Below are positions 25,211-38,739 of a stretch of 64,000 nucleotides of DNA, one piece after another. Each line of letters starts with the position of its first letter. Position 1 is the stretch's first letter. The DNA is from Octopus sinensis (taxonomy: Eukaryota): NCBI RefSeq assembly GCF_006345805.1, contig NC_042999.1:129394001-129458000 (forward strand), written 5' to 3'. Below the pieces are notes generated by a model. It did not search any database, was not told the origin of the DNA, and saw nothing but the letters and a program-made list of their open reading frames with translations. The translations under genes were made by a program, and so were the position numbers.

Positions 25211-26322
25211 GATATATATATCCAAGAAGGAATAGTGGCTGACTGGTTTTCAGGCTGTCACTATCTATTTTTCTCTCAGGTATATTGTTCTTTAGCAGTG
25301 GAGCTTTAATGCTTCATTTTCCTCTTTGAGTATAGCAGGGAGTAATTTGAGAGAGATTTGGCTGTAATTACATGCAGGTTAAACTGTTGCATAGAGGCTT
25401 TTTTGTTAGTTTTGGTTCCTTCATTATGTCCCAGTCCCTCCACAGCAAATTACAAGGAACAAAAAAAGAGCTTGTTTTGTATCATCCCCAGCTACAAATG
25501 CACAACACCAACAGACCACTTACACAATGAAACAGTAGCATTCAAAATTATAGATTACCTGGACATATGGGGGACATAATTTGCTGTTGTAACAAGCTCC
25601 AACCCTCACAGTCTCTGCAACTACATGTACAATTATGCAGTCAGATCTACACAGAACACTATTGCAATGTCACCCTGAACCCCACTGCCACTACCATATT
25701 TTGATAAACATAAACATAAAGAAATAGTTGCAACATCTATTAGCTCATGTACTCCTAAAAAATGCATGTTAAATCGATATAAAAGAATTATCAATAGAAA
25801 ATCAATATTATTAAAAAAGATATTTTTTCTAAAAAAACCCCAAATATTTCAAATATAGTACAAAACATATGCAATCAACTCAGATCCTATAATTATCAAG
25901 AAAAATTATGAACATCATAATGTTTATAATGGACTTAATATAATATATGCGTGCACATATAAATTATATTAAGTCTATTGACGAACTTAATATAATCACG
26001 ATGATGATATGCATGAGATAAAGGTATCTGAAAACAAGCAAAATGCTGAGCTCTCACATTGCACTCCCTACATTTATACAATATTCATAATAAAGTACTA
26101 TTCTTATCAAGGAAATGATCATGTAACTAGCTCTCTTTAGCCTTGAACAATGCACATCCAAGATCTCCAAAGTTGTTACAAATGCTAGACCTCAGTCTCT
26201 AATGATCTTTCTTTCTAATCCCATATGCATAACATATGTAAAACTGCATCCCAAAGCTTGTTTTCTCCTTCAGAGGCTCACTAGAAACATCTCTCTTCAT
26301 TGCTTTATACTCACTGTATGTA

Positions 26323-27505
26323 TCAGGTCATCCCATAACTTCTGTCCGATTTTACCTTTTTTTAAATTTAATAGTATTTTAGAATGTCTAATGGAATAAA
26401 AAAATTATTTTTATGCATTTGTGTACATTTAAGCCAATTAAATATTATTTTACAGAATAACAGAATTAAAATTTCTTTGATTAAAACCCTTTCTAACATG
26501 GAAGTACCCAAAGAGCATTGAGGCACATAATGCTTTATGAGTACAAGAAAGGAAACTCTGCAGCCGAAGCAACTCGAAACATACACTCAGTTTATGGGAA
26601 AGAATTCTTGAACGAAAGACATCCAGTTGAGTTTGATGATAAGCTCCTTGAGGCATTACTTGAAGAAAATCCTGCATTATCAGTTGAAGAATTAGCAATA
26701 AAGCTTAGTTCAAACCATACAATTGTTCATCGTCATCTTCAACAACTTGGAAAATGAGTGCCTCATGAATTGTCTGAAAACAACCGCAAATCCCGAGTTG
26801 ACATCTGCTTTTCTCTTCATTCTCGCAAACTCATTTCACCCTTTTTGGATAGACTTGTGACTGGTGACAAAAAATGGAACTTCTATCAAAATGTTAAACG
26901 TCATAAACAGTGGCTTGGTAAAAGGGAAAAAGCTCAACCACAACCAAGAAGGGAACTTCATGGGGAAAAGGTTCTTCTCTCTATCTGGTGGGATTGCAAA
27001 GGAGTCATTCACTCTGAATTGTTACCACCTAATGCAACAATCACTGCTCAAGTCTACTATCAGCAATTAGAGCGTTTGAACCAAGCTTTGAAGAAAAAAA
27101 GACCCACTTTAGTGAATCAAAAGGGAGTGATGTTTTCATCAGGACAATGCGCGACTCCACACTGCAAAAATCCCAAGATCGAAGAGCTTGGTTGAGAAAG
27201 AATTCCTCATCCACCTTATTCTCCTGACCTTGCTCCTTCAGACTACCATTTGTTTCATAGTTTACAGAATCATTTGGGGGACATAACTTTCGCAAGCCAG
27301 GAGGAGGTCGAAACTGACATTTCAGAGTTCTTCGCTTTGAAACCAAGAGTTTTACGTTGATGGGATTAAAAAGCTTGTAAATAGATGGAAGAAAGTCATA
27401 GATAATCAGGGAAAGCACATTGTTGATTAAATTTCAATTAATTATAACATTTGATCACTTGTTTTCTTTATTCAAAATTCGGACAGAACTTATGGAATGA
27501 CCTGA
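26323..27505 (+). mobile_element. Mariner (DD34D) element, defective
   Basis: TIRs TCAGGTCATCCCATAACTTCTGTCCGA / TCGGACAGAACTTATGGAATGACCTGA and TA TSDs (26321-22, 27506-07). Transposase motifs DRLVTGDKKW, LLSIWWD and HPPYSPDLAPSDYHLF. Stops, frameshifts and an internal deletion. Confidence 0.95.
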
Positions 27506-28598
27506 TACTTCATGAAGAAGTCCCACATTAATCAATTTAACGGGAACCTTCCTCTGCAGAATCTCAAATTTCTGGAAATATTTTCGTTTACATTAACTTA
27601 GAAATATTCAAACTTAACAGCAATTGTATCAACCGCTTTAGTTTAGGATAGCCTCTCTCCATACTAAATCATAGAACCCCCCCCCCCACTTCATGTTAGA
27701 GTGCACAGTGTAGCTTTCAGCTAAGGACGCACGATATATCTGGAATGATGGATCTGTTCATTGCATTCATTTCATCATTCAACCAAACGACCGCAGTTAC
27801 ACAACAGCAGCTACAATGAATTAAGCTAAGTGGTCAATTGACATATTTTACTGGTGAATGAGTGAATTTTTTGCTGAACATACAACACTTACTACGTGAA
27901 AATCGAGTCTAATGTATTCTGAACATAAGCACAAGCCCTGGAATTTAGGCAAGGGGAACAGTCAGTTAAATCGGTTCTAGTACTTAACTGGTATTTTATC
28001 AACCCCGGAGGGATGAAAGACAAAGTTAATCTAGGGCAAGATTAGAACTCAGAACGTAAAGAACCCGAAGAAATAACATCAAATTATTTTGCCCGAAGAA
28101 TCATGTAGCTAGATATATTCAATTAATATAATTACTATAGTAAGTTTTATCCTAATTATTAAATTAAAATTATCCGCGCAATAAAAAGAAATTTCATTCA
28201 ATTTTTAATCAATTTCGATTTTTAAGTTATCTTTTTTGACAAGAATTATCATTAATGCTAATGGTTTTCTTCTTATTACAGCTGCAGCTTTAATTTACTC
28301 ACATTGATTTCGTTGATTACATTAAATATATTAGTCGCCACCTAATTAAATGCACTCCGTGCAGAAAGTATTTCTTGGAAATTAATCTACCATTAAATAT
28401 ATTCAAGTTCGTTCACACCTTGTACCCTTTACCTTATTCACTTGTAAACAATCTGTTCAATAATGCAATAAATATTGACTTTTAACACTTACATCTAGGA
28501 TGCGTTCAATGCATATTAAATCAACCAGCAGTTGACTGGTGTCATAGCTTATCGATCCCGGCAAAGGTGATCTTGACAGAATTTAAACATAGAACTTA

Positions 28599-30405
28599 CG
28601 AGGGGTGTCTGAAAAGTCATGAGCCTCAAAAAAAGAAAACGTAGTACAAGACTTCTGATGATTTATTTTTCAGCATCGTCCCCTTTGATAGCTGAACACT
28701 TTCTCCAGCGGTGCTGAAGTGCCATTATCCCGGCGTAGAGGAACTCTTTTGTTTGAGACTCTAAGAAACTTCCTATAGTGTCTATGACGTCATTGTCAGT
28801 GACAAAATGGCAACCAGCCAGGGCTTTTTTCATTTTGGGGAATAGATGAAAGTCAGAGGGGGCTAAGTCTGGCGAATAAGGCAGATGGGGAACAAGTTCG
28901 TATCCACAATCTCGAATTGTTGCCATGGCAACTATAGTGGATCTTGCATGCATGAAGTGGATTCGATCCACCATAGCCAAATTTAAATTAACACTGCAAC
29001 AGAACTTTTCCCACGGTGGAACAATGGTTTTTCTCTGACAGCAGTTTTACATTTTCCAGATGCCTTTAGTTAGGCCGAAATAATGTCTTCACTACTTGAC
29101 CCTTTCTATCTTCTACTTCACCAAAAAGCTCGAATAGAGATAACATGACCAACAACTAAACCTATTGTTCTCAATGATATTTCTATCCTTCTGGATGCTT
29201 ATATAAGCAAGCATATCCCAAGCAAAAATTAGTTCGTCACAGTTGTGACGACTCACCGAAGTCTGGCTGACCAGCTAGAACATTGGTCAGAAGGAAAAAT
29301 GAAGTTTACTGGCAGCAACTTGATACAACACCCTACAATTCTCTCTAGTTCTAATTCTGTTCTCTTACAACATCATTCTATATCTGTAATTACTACTAAA
29401 CAATGAAGAAGACACAAACACAAACTTTACTTCGCATGCTTTTGAATGTATCAAAACCTGCTCGTCGAGGCAAGGTATTTGTAACGTAACGGTAAATAAA
29501 TATTTCTTTAAAACTTCAAGCATTGTTCCATCATTCACATCCTACAGTATGCAACCATAATAAAAAAAAAAAACTCTTATCGTCACACCAGCTGACTACG
29601 ACAATTCTTAATATTCTTTACCAATCAAATTTTTGCCGTTACAATTGGTAACCACACCAAAATAAAATCCTAAACGTTACGCAACCACTGAGGTGTGGGC
29701 TGGAGCATTGTTGTGATGAAAAAGGACTCCTTTGGTGAGCATTCCTGGCCTTTTTTCTTTGATTGCTTCCTGAAGGCATTACAGTAGCAGAGAATATTAC
29801 AGCCCTGTCACGGTGTGACCCTTTTCAAGGTAATCGATCAGCAAGACACCTCGAGAATCCCAAAAAACTGACGCCATGACCTTGCCAGCTGAAGGAATGA
29901 CCTGGCCTTCTTTGGGGTAGGAGAAGATGTGTGCTTCCGCTGCTTTGATTGTACTTTGGTTTCAGGGTGGCAGTGATGAACCCAACTTTCGTCCATAGTA
30001 ATAAAATGAACAAGAAAATTCTCTTCATCAGCTTCAAACAGTTCCAAATTGCTCGTGGACAAAGTGCATCTGGTGCGTTTTTCTTCAGGAGTCAAAAGGC
30101 GAGGGACCTACCTTGCAGAAACCTTTGAGAACACAAGTTCTTTTGTCACAATGTTGTCTGCTCTTTCATTTGAGATGCCCAGTCTTTCAGCTATCTGGCG
30201 ACATGATATTCGACGATCTTACATTATCATACCAAGAGCACGGTCAATGTTGTCCTCGGTGGTTGCAGTTGGAGGCCTCCCTGGTGTGGGAATCACGAAA
30301 ATGAGCAAGAATACTCCGAAAAGACTTTACTTACCAGAAAAAATTGTCCCTCTTACCTAGCAACCTTGTATCTAGGTTAGGCTCAAAACTTTTCATACAG
30401 CCCTC
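28599..30405 (-). mobile_element. Mariner element split by a ~750-nt insert (28933-29680)
   Basis: The 5' part gives HFITMDESWVHH and LFHHNNAPAHTSVVA; the 3' part continues VAMATIRDCGYELVPHLPYSPDLAPSDFHLF. Related TIRs (C)GAGGG..TG..TGAAAAGT..GAGCCT at both ends, with flanking TA. Confidence 0.85.
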
Positions 30406-30728
30406 TACGAGGGCTGTAACTAAATAGCGCAGACATTATATTAGACGCTATAACGATTTATTCGTGAATAGTACTTCTTAGGATCTGAATTTATCAATCC
30501 AGGAGGGATGAAAGACAATCCCAAATCCAGCGAGATTTAAACTCAGAACGTAAAAAGACGTAACTAAGTATTTCAGGTTACTGGAAACAGTTTTGTAACC
30601 GACAATTAATGCAAATACATATAATTACAAGTATTGTTTATACGCTGTCACTACTAAGGTTAAACCAGTTGGCTTAATTACCGTTTTATAACATATTTTA
30701 TAAACATAAAACATTACACCAAATAATT

Positions 30729-30857
30729 TTCGAAGACATTCGAGTATTCCAGCATGTCTTCGAATGTACTGGGCCGCTATTTTTCGCATATGTAAAAGAC
30801 ATTCGAGTATTCCAGCATGTCTTTTACATATGCTAAAAATAGCGGCCCAGTACATTC
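30729..30857. repeat. Nested hairpin: 41-bp inverted repeat plus duplicated loop
   Basis: 30762-30802 vs 30817-30857 have one mismatch. AGACATTCGAGTATTCCAGCATGTCTT occurs twice. Confidence 0.95.
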
Positions 30858-32604
30858 AATTCGTCAATCCATCGATTTGTGTGGTGTGAGAAATTTGGTC
30901 GTGGTCCACCGGAAAATATAATTTCGCAAACATAGTAAATGTATCCTTGTGTGTGTAAAAAAACAAAAAAAACTTTCGAAACTTTTCAAAATTTCATATA
31001 TGTTAACTGGTTTTTTTTTCTTCGTTTCAATTTGTTAAGCAGAGAAATAACGAAGCACTGAGTCAAAATATTTTTTTTTATTGAAAGCAAGATTTTTTAA
31101 TAAACGAAGATATTAAGAAATATCGAGGAGTGGCTAAAAAAAAAACAAACAAAAAAATGTTACGTATAGCAATAACAATTTAAGGCTAGGCTTCTATTTG
31201 TCTTCGGTAGAATTTCACAACAGAAACTTCTACTAATAGTTTTCGAAACATTGTTCAGAACTTCGAAAAATAATCATTATTTTCACTTTGGATTAAAAAA
31301 GAATATGTCCGATATGCGCATGCATTGATGCATATATGTATTTCCAATGTCACGTCATTCTTTAAAGGTGTTCCAACCGTCTTTCAAAAGACGAGGTCAC
31401 AGAACATTTTTAAAAGATAGTCGTATTGAAATGCTTTCAAAAAACAATTCAAATATACAGGTTGGTGCGCATGCTAAAATCTTTGCATGCTAAAATCTTT
31501 CCAAATACATTTGTAGCAATTAGATTCGATCCTACGTTTTACCACATAGAAATCATATTTCGATTATGTGCGCAAACCCAGTTGTTATCCAATGAACAGC
31601 TGTTGTTCAGGTGATAGTGATTTCTTTATTACGATTATACAATCGTTTACATAGAATTACAAATACATAACATACATGCAAAACAAATAATTAAGAGGTT
31701 CGATTTAAAAATTTTTCCATAACATTTGGATTAAAAAATTCGTCTATAAATTATCCTTTACGTGACCAATAGAATCTTATCACAGTTCATAACCTTTTGA
31801 TCTTACCGAAGTTTCAAACCCCGGCAATTTATAAGGCCCCGCAGCTTTTGTTTCCTCTCCTTGTTCAGGTGATAGTTCGGTGACTTGTCTAGCCTTCCGT
31901 GAACACAGCCTATAATTACAACCTAATTAAGCGCCCAAATCTTAGCAATCTTTTTTCCTGTTAGCGTTCATTCTCCCCTCATAGCCGTTTTTATAGTTAC
32001 ATATTCAACCTGGAACGATCGAAGAAGATACGCCTTGACACCGTGAATATGTATTTAATGCGTAAAAATTAACCCGAATGTTGAATTTCTAACAAAGAGT
32101 TCTGGTACGTGTCATACATTGTTTCATCCAAGTATTTCTTAGATTGTATTGAATTAACACCGTCTTTATTAATCTAACAATTATGTTCTAAAACAAAGAA
32201 GACTTCCCACTTGTTACACACTGATGCCTTCACTTTTGTTTGTCATACCAACGGAACATGACTATCTCGGTCATGTTTTATGTACCTGCTCCTTGTACAA
32301 TTATGGATTACAATGAAATCATCGAAACCTCTCAGATTATTGCCGAGATGATGTACAATAAGTTATCTGGTTCGTGCCACCGCTGGTGCGCGTCGTGGCT
32401 TCATTAGAAATTTGTTCAGGCGTGAGCAATATAATAATGTGGAGTGTGGTCTCACGAAGCGTACCAAGAGTATAGATAGTAAAACATAGTATTGCTATAT
32501 TTGTAGAGAGAGAGAGAGAGAAAATCAATTCGGTATGAAAGCTGGTTCACGAAGTTTGTTTGTGTATACGACTCTCCCCCCACTAAAGATATTGCAACAA
32601 GATA

Positions 32605-32802
32605 TTGTCAACAAGAACTTCCGGCGGTGTATATTTCGTTTGTCACCGTTATTTATGACAACCCTAGCTCTAAAATCCTAACACCCTAACCCTAAAACCC
32701 TAACCCTAAAATCTTAAAGCTAACACCAGTACAAACACACGAACGATGTCATAAATAACAGTGATAAACGAAATATACACCGCCGATAGTTGTTGTTGAC
32801 AA
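32605..32802. mobile_element. MITE with 56-bp TIRs and internal telomere-like (CCCTAA) repeats
   Basis: TIRs 32605-32660 and 32747-32802. (CCCTAA)2AA(CCCTAA)2 at 32684-32709. Confidence 0.8.
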
Positions 32803-33665
32803 ACAACGACAGTAATTTTATTCAGCTGAATATACATCATTCATTGGTTGAAATTACCGAAATATTACAACTTTAACGTGAAATAACTTCCTAAATATAA
32901 GCTTTTCTCAAAAGCACTAAAAGTAAAAGATGTTTTATATGACATATTCTACCAGTGTCCGAAGTTTGAAAGTCTTTAGTTACAAAAAATTATTTTTAAA
33001 ATCTGTCGGTCAAAAGGTAAAAATCCCAGTCCTACTATTGCTGGCAATTCATGTGAAGCATATGGGCAGCCTACCTTCCACCACCACTCGCAGCATTACG
33101 TCTGCGATTCTACTGAGGCCTTCTATATTGCTTGAATGGCCATTTCTATGCCATACCCCCAATAGTTCACCCTTTTGGATCTTGTGGCTTTGAGAATCTT
33201 GGCCTCCTCTACCAGTTTAGTACTGGAGTCGATTACATCGACTTATTTTCTCTCCGAAATTGCTGGCCTTGAGTCAAATTTTGAAACCAATATTAGTACA
33301 AATGAAATGAGAGAGAGAGAGAGGGTGACATTCATTACTTTCTTATCAGCATATTAGCTCCATGAGTGGTTTGAAACGGCATGTTGGGAAACAAAACGTG
33401 CTAGAATTCTAGCGCAAGAATTCTAGAGCACTCTCATCATCACCACCACCACCACCACCAATACTACTATCATCCTCATGATCAACGCAACAGTAACTAT
33501 AGCTAATATTATCGAGCAAATGAACCAAATGCTGAACAAATTACACAGTCTATTTACGCTTACAAAAGTAACAAAGTGTACCGGTGTGACATCTATTTTC
33601 AGCAGGACATTGTTTTACCTATCGCTTCAACCAAGCTGCACGGAAGATTGATAGGAACTTTAAAG

Positions 33666-33868
33666 CAGTGATTCCCAACGTGGGACATACGCCCCACCGG
33701 TGGGGCCCGAGAAAATTGTAATGGAGCGTTGTGTTGGAGTTGCCAGGCGTAAGGTTTTCATTAAAGTCATACACCATTTTCTTAGTCAATAATTTACTTT
33801 TTCTTGTACTCAGTACTTACTAGAAGAGTTACCCGTAGATTTTTTTTGTATTAAAATGGGAAACACTG
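33666..33868. mobile_element. hAT/Charlie-type MITE
   Basis: Termini CAGTGATTCCCA / TGGGAAACACTG. Imperfect 8-bp TSD CTTTAAAG / CTTTAGAA. Confidence 0.75.
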
Positions 33869-34849
33869 CTTTAGAACAACATGCCCTGCTTGTATTTAAT
33901 TACAGCCCTTTGGTTTCTAAGTTCAAATCCCACCGAAGCCAACTTTGCCTTTCATCCTTCAAGGTTGGGGGGCAATAAATTAAGATATAATTCACGTAAT
34001 GACTCCCTATCCTGCCTCTCAAACCTTCTTGCCTTCAATAATGTTAGAAATCAATATTTAGTTAGTCAATGCTGTAACGATTAGTAGTAACAGCAATCGA
34101 TATGCCTTGATGTTAACTAATTGCTGCTTTACCAAGTCACCATTCTCAAGACTTCAATCTGAAGAATACAATGTAATGCATTTTACAATATTCTCATACG
34201 ATTACATATTGTGAAAACAGAATACATTATTTTGTCTCATAAATAATCTAAAGTAGGAAACCAGTTGTTAAATAGGTCAAAATTAAAGAGAAAATACAGT
34301 TATTTTAATAATAAATTCTTATTTTGTAACCTAAATAAATATAAAGATAAACAAACATTTCGCGTTTAATAGATTAACGCATAGTTTGACACGTAAGTAT
34401 TTTGCATATTGTTTTGTAATTATCATACCACAGATACTAGGTAGTACATTGAATTAGTTGAGGTCTTCTTCGTAGTATTTTGAACAGTTTTTGTTGTTTA
34501 GGTTCAAGTAGGGTCTGAACGAAAAGACTTATTAAAAACATAAAAATCTTTATTTTAGGAGTAGCAAACTTCAGGTACATTACTTGATGCGTGCAGGTTT
34601 TTTACTGTTTTTTTTTCTTATATTTTTTAAAGATGGTTAGAGTGTGGTTTGAAGATTTTGTAGGTTATTTCTAATAGGACGAATATACAGTAAAAAGTGG
34701 GGAAAAGTGCAATTTCGCATAAATTGACAGAAGTATTCAATTTCAGAACTAAAGATGATAATTTTCTTTAGTTTTATGTTGGTTTTTGCAAATTAATTTT
34801 GTAATAGTATGCAAAAACCAGTAGAAGAACCCTCCCTCACTTAATTACA

Positions 34850-35482
34850 CGCATTTGTTGCTAAGTTAGTGACAATATGTAATGGGCCTGAGATATTTTT
34901 AATCGATTAAAGTAATGAAAAAACAAGTTATGAAAGTAATGAAAAAACAAGTTATTAGCATTAATGAAACTTATTGTCAAGATAGACATGGGAGACAACT
35001 CCACAATGGACATATATAAGAAATTGAATAGACTCATGCATTGGAAATTATGCTTGATCTTTGGTAATTATGAGGAAAACTCTAAACGTGTTTCGATCTT
35101 ATCAGACCTTCTCAATGAAACATTGTCGGACTTGAATTTATAAGTTTCTCACACTACACAAGCCACTAAGGATGTTCTGAGATCGATTGGATGGGAAAAA
35201 GTACAACTGCTTTCATATTCTCCAGAAATTGTTCCAACAAACTTGCACTAATTTTAGATCTTGGCAAAACTATTTAGACAAGAAAAGTAGTGGCCTGCAG
35301 GGAAGAAATTGGAAAAGAATTAAATATATATTTTAATTTGAAACTCAAGGAATTTTTCAATCCAGGCATTAAAAAGCTTACAAATAGATAGAGAGACGTA
35401 TCCGAGTGTAAATGAAATTATGTAGTTGATTAAGTTTAAAGTATTAAACACCTTGTTTGTTATGTTAAATAGATTTTTAAAT
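34850..35482 (+). mobile_element. Highly decayed mariner remnant
   Basis: SPEIVPTNLH resembles SPDLAPTDYH. The 3' end AAATCGGACAAAACTT resembles the 3' TIR of 26323-27505. Confidence 0.6.
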
Positions 35483-35496
35483 CGGACAAAACTTTC

Positions 35497-35566
<70 letters not shown>

Positions 35567-36535
35567 CAATTAGAAATTTCATCGTTAATCTCATTAAAGT
35601 CACGATTTTTTAGCAATACATATTTGAAGAACTGTTCTCGTTGGTGCTGCTATGATCAAACCTGTAGTGACGACCGTGCGTAAAGGAGATGGTGACAGAA
35701 ATGTCTCCTTTTTAGACGCCGCACGGTCGCCCTTACAAAAGAATATGCCAAATAAATGGCATAAAGGAATAAGAGTGCCGGCAAAGAATAAGGAGAAAAA
35801 CACAACCGTTTACTGTTTGAGAGAAAAATACTTTATTTACAGAATGTGTACATAATGATAGGAGTGTGTGTCTATGTGTCCGTGAGTGGCAGAGTGTTTA
35901 TCTGAGTGCGTGCGACAAGTGTGTCTGTGTGTTCGTATTTGTTTATAATAAGACAGGCCGTCAAACATACAATGTGTGTACAAAATAATATGTATGTATG
36001 TGAGATATAACACAGAACATAGGAAGAGCGTCCAGACACGAGATGGGGTTAAATTAACAGTTCGGTGTATGACACGCCATAGCAATGGTTCTGTGTCAAT
36101 GAAGTTGGTGGCAAAGAGGAGAGCGGTCACCACGTGTGTAGAATTTGTGGCTTCAATCCATTGCCAGGTTACATTGGTACAGAAGATCTCGCAGGTAGAA
36201 CTGCGATATTAACCTTGGTGAATATCACAACAGCGTAAAAGTTAAACCTGAGCGAGTTGCTATGTACGTATAGGCGTTGGTGGAGACGACGTGAAGTTGA
36301 AGGGCGACGATAAGCTAAGGCGTCGGTGGCAATGATGGCGTCAAAGTGAAGTCGACGATGGTGATGGCGACGGCGGAGAAAGGCGTCGTTGGGACGAAGG
36401 CGACGGTGGTGAAAAAACGTTGGTGGGGATGCTGCATGTTGGTGTCGTCGCTGGCTGTCGCAGGAACATGGCTGTCTTGCTGGAACTGGCTGGTCTGGTC
36501 GTCGCTAGCTGCTGTATGGTCAATGGTCAGAGACC

Positions 36536-36691
36536 AAAAAGTGAGATATAGCGAATGCTGGAGCCTTTTAAAGCAAATGGTGGACTCCAGTGAAACCCGA
36601 AAAGACTGTGTCATGGGACCTTATCCGAAGGCCGTGATTGGTTGGCTTACACACTGGCGCGAAATAAAACTGCACTAAAACCAACCAATCA
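36536..36691 (-). promoter_or_regulatory. Candidate Pol II promoter: two inverted CCAAT boxes, TATA-like box, Inr
   Basis: TGATTGGTTGG at 36635-36645 and CCAACCAATCA at 36681-36691. Minus-strand TTTAAAAGG starts at 36572 and Inr-like TCACTT has its A at 36542 (30-nt spacing). A CpG-rich tract (36260-36530) lies downstream. Confidence 0.45.
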
Positions 36692-37856
36692 GGGCAGCGG
36701 ACACAGTTGGTCCCAAGTCACCGTAGGATGGCTGCTATATAACACGACCTTATTTCTATGATCTATCTTAAACAGTGAGGTTATCACCGAGCTACGCTAC
36801 AAACCTGATCGAGCAGGCCTTTCTAATGTATTACATCTTTTTTAGGAGTTTGTTGGACTATATTACCTGTGAGACAGTAGGGTATGATTTGAGGCTAATT
36901 TGGCTACTATTTCTAGCACACCGAGCAACTATGTGGCAGTCAAAAGACATCTGCCATTGTCTTGTATACATGGTTATGATCTTGTATGTATAGTGGTTGC
37001 GTTTGTGGTTGTCATCGTCTTGTATTTATTGTTGTCATGCCTGAAGATTTCCATGACAACTATAAATACAATTAATCAGATGGACATTTATCGTAATCGG
37101 AGCATTTCAAATTGTTTACACTATACAACAGCGAGGCTGAGCATGTATATTTAATGAGATGGAAGCTATGCACGAACGACGGCATTTATTTTGTCAGCCA
37201 CGTCCTTGAGATAATGATTTTCCTTCTAAGATATGATATCCTGTTGTTTTACTTTATATAGAGTGGTTGTGGTCTTCATTGATCCTTTAATGTCTCAATT
37301 ACTCTTGTGGTTAAGTAACTCAGCCAAAACATTATCGACATAATATATAAAATTATATTGTGATGTCGTGATGAAATCGTTAACACCCAATAAAACAATA
37401 AATCCATTTTATACTTCTATATTTATGTGCTTATATATCTATATTAATCAAGACATCCAGTAATGCCTGGGTATTTTATCAATAAAAAACACTCCACTCT
37501 GTTGTAATGTAGAGATTTCGATTTCCGAAGCATTACAAACTAGAAGGAATTAGGAATTTCGTATATTGTCATTGAAGTAGGCATTACAGTGAAATGTTCT
37601 TGTTCATTCCAAAACCTCGATATAAACGGTATTCTTGGTTACTTAAACGATGAAAAAACAACCAGGAATTCTAACTCTTAAAGTGCCGGTATAAAACTGA
37701 CCTTATGAAAAAATAGCATTTATCAATTTCACTCCATGAGCTTTCCATGATAATCCTTGAGATTAAATTATTAAACAACACCCTGTGAACATTTATGATT
37801 TACGCTGCACAAGTTGATCATGGATTACGAAAATCTCAAGATTTTTGGCAAGATTT

Positions 37857-38121
37857 GGTTAATGTCTAGTTTAACATCCAGTCACAAAAATGAAAAAAAA
37901 AAGTGTGATAGGTGTAAAATAATGTGTAGTAAACGAATTTGAAAAAGAAAATTGCACCGACGAGGACTCGAAAAATTAACATCGGGAATTTTCCGAGTCC
38001 TCTCCCACCACCGTTCGTCAGCGCGCATTTTTTCTCACATTCGTTTACTACACATTATTTTACACCTATTACACTATTTTTTCTTCATTTTTGTGACCGG
38101 TTGTTAAACTAGAGATTAACC
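37857..38121. mobile_element. MITE with ~95-bp imperfect TIRs, TTAA at both ends
   Basis: GGTTAATGTCTAGTTTAACA..GTAGTAAACGAAT is mirrored by ATTCGTTTACTAC..TGTTAAACTAGAGATTAACC. Confidence 0.8.
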
Positions 38122-38739
38122 CATGATTTAAGAAACATAATACAACATATATGTTAGCTGGATATAAAGCTAAGCACACGACCTGGATTAAACAAGAACA
38201 TATACGCGTCGCTTCATGTCTGCCATCATATAACACGTCCGAATGAGCATGCAGTCGTTAGAACGACTATGTAAGAATGATTATGTATCGGACCGCCACC
38301 TTGCACACACTGGAGTTTGGCGCCTAAAACTGACTTTATTTACCGGCTTATTACGGAGAACTATCTAGAAGGCTCTAGAGAAACTATCATGTGAAAACTA
38401 ATCGTTGATTGGCTGATAACTCGGCCTCACATGTGAAAGAGTCGAGCGATTTTCATGACTTGAAGTCCGTAATGTGGCGACTCGGTTTCGACTATTGCTA
38501 TGTAACTAAGTTTGACAGGGAATTGAAGACTTTGAAACTCATATGATATAGAAGTTCGATGATATTCTGGAGATGAAGCAACAGCTACCAGCAAATTTTC
38601 TTGACAGGATTGTTATTCCAGGATATGAGGCATCATTGTTAATGGTGAGTCTTGCACCATTTCAAAGTTTTGGAGGATCTAGGTTACGAAGCAGTATAAT
38701 AGATGCTCCAGGCTTAAGTATCAGATTATGTCGAGTAAT

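Noticed and set aside
36315-36678. ORFs on both strands of the CpG-rich tract
   Set aside because: Low-complexity translations typical of GC-rich non-coding DNA, with no motif or convincing splice support.
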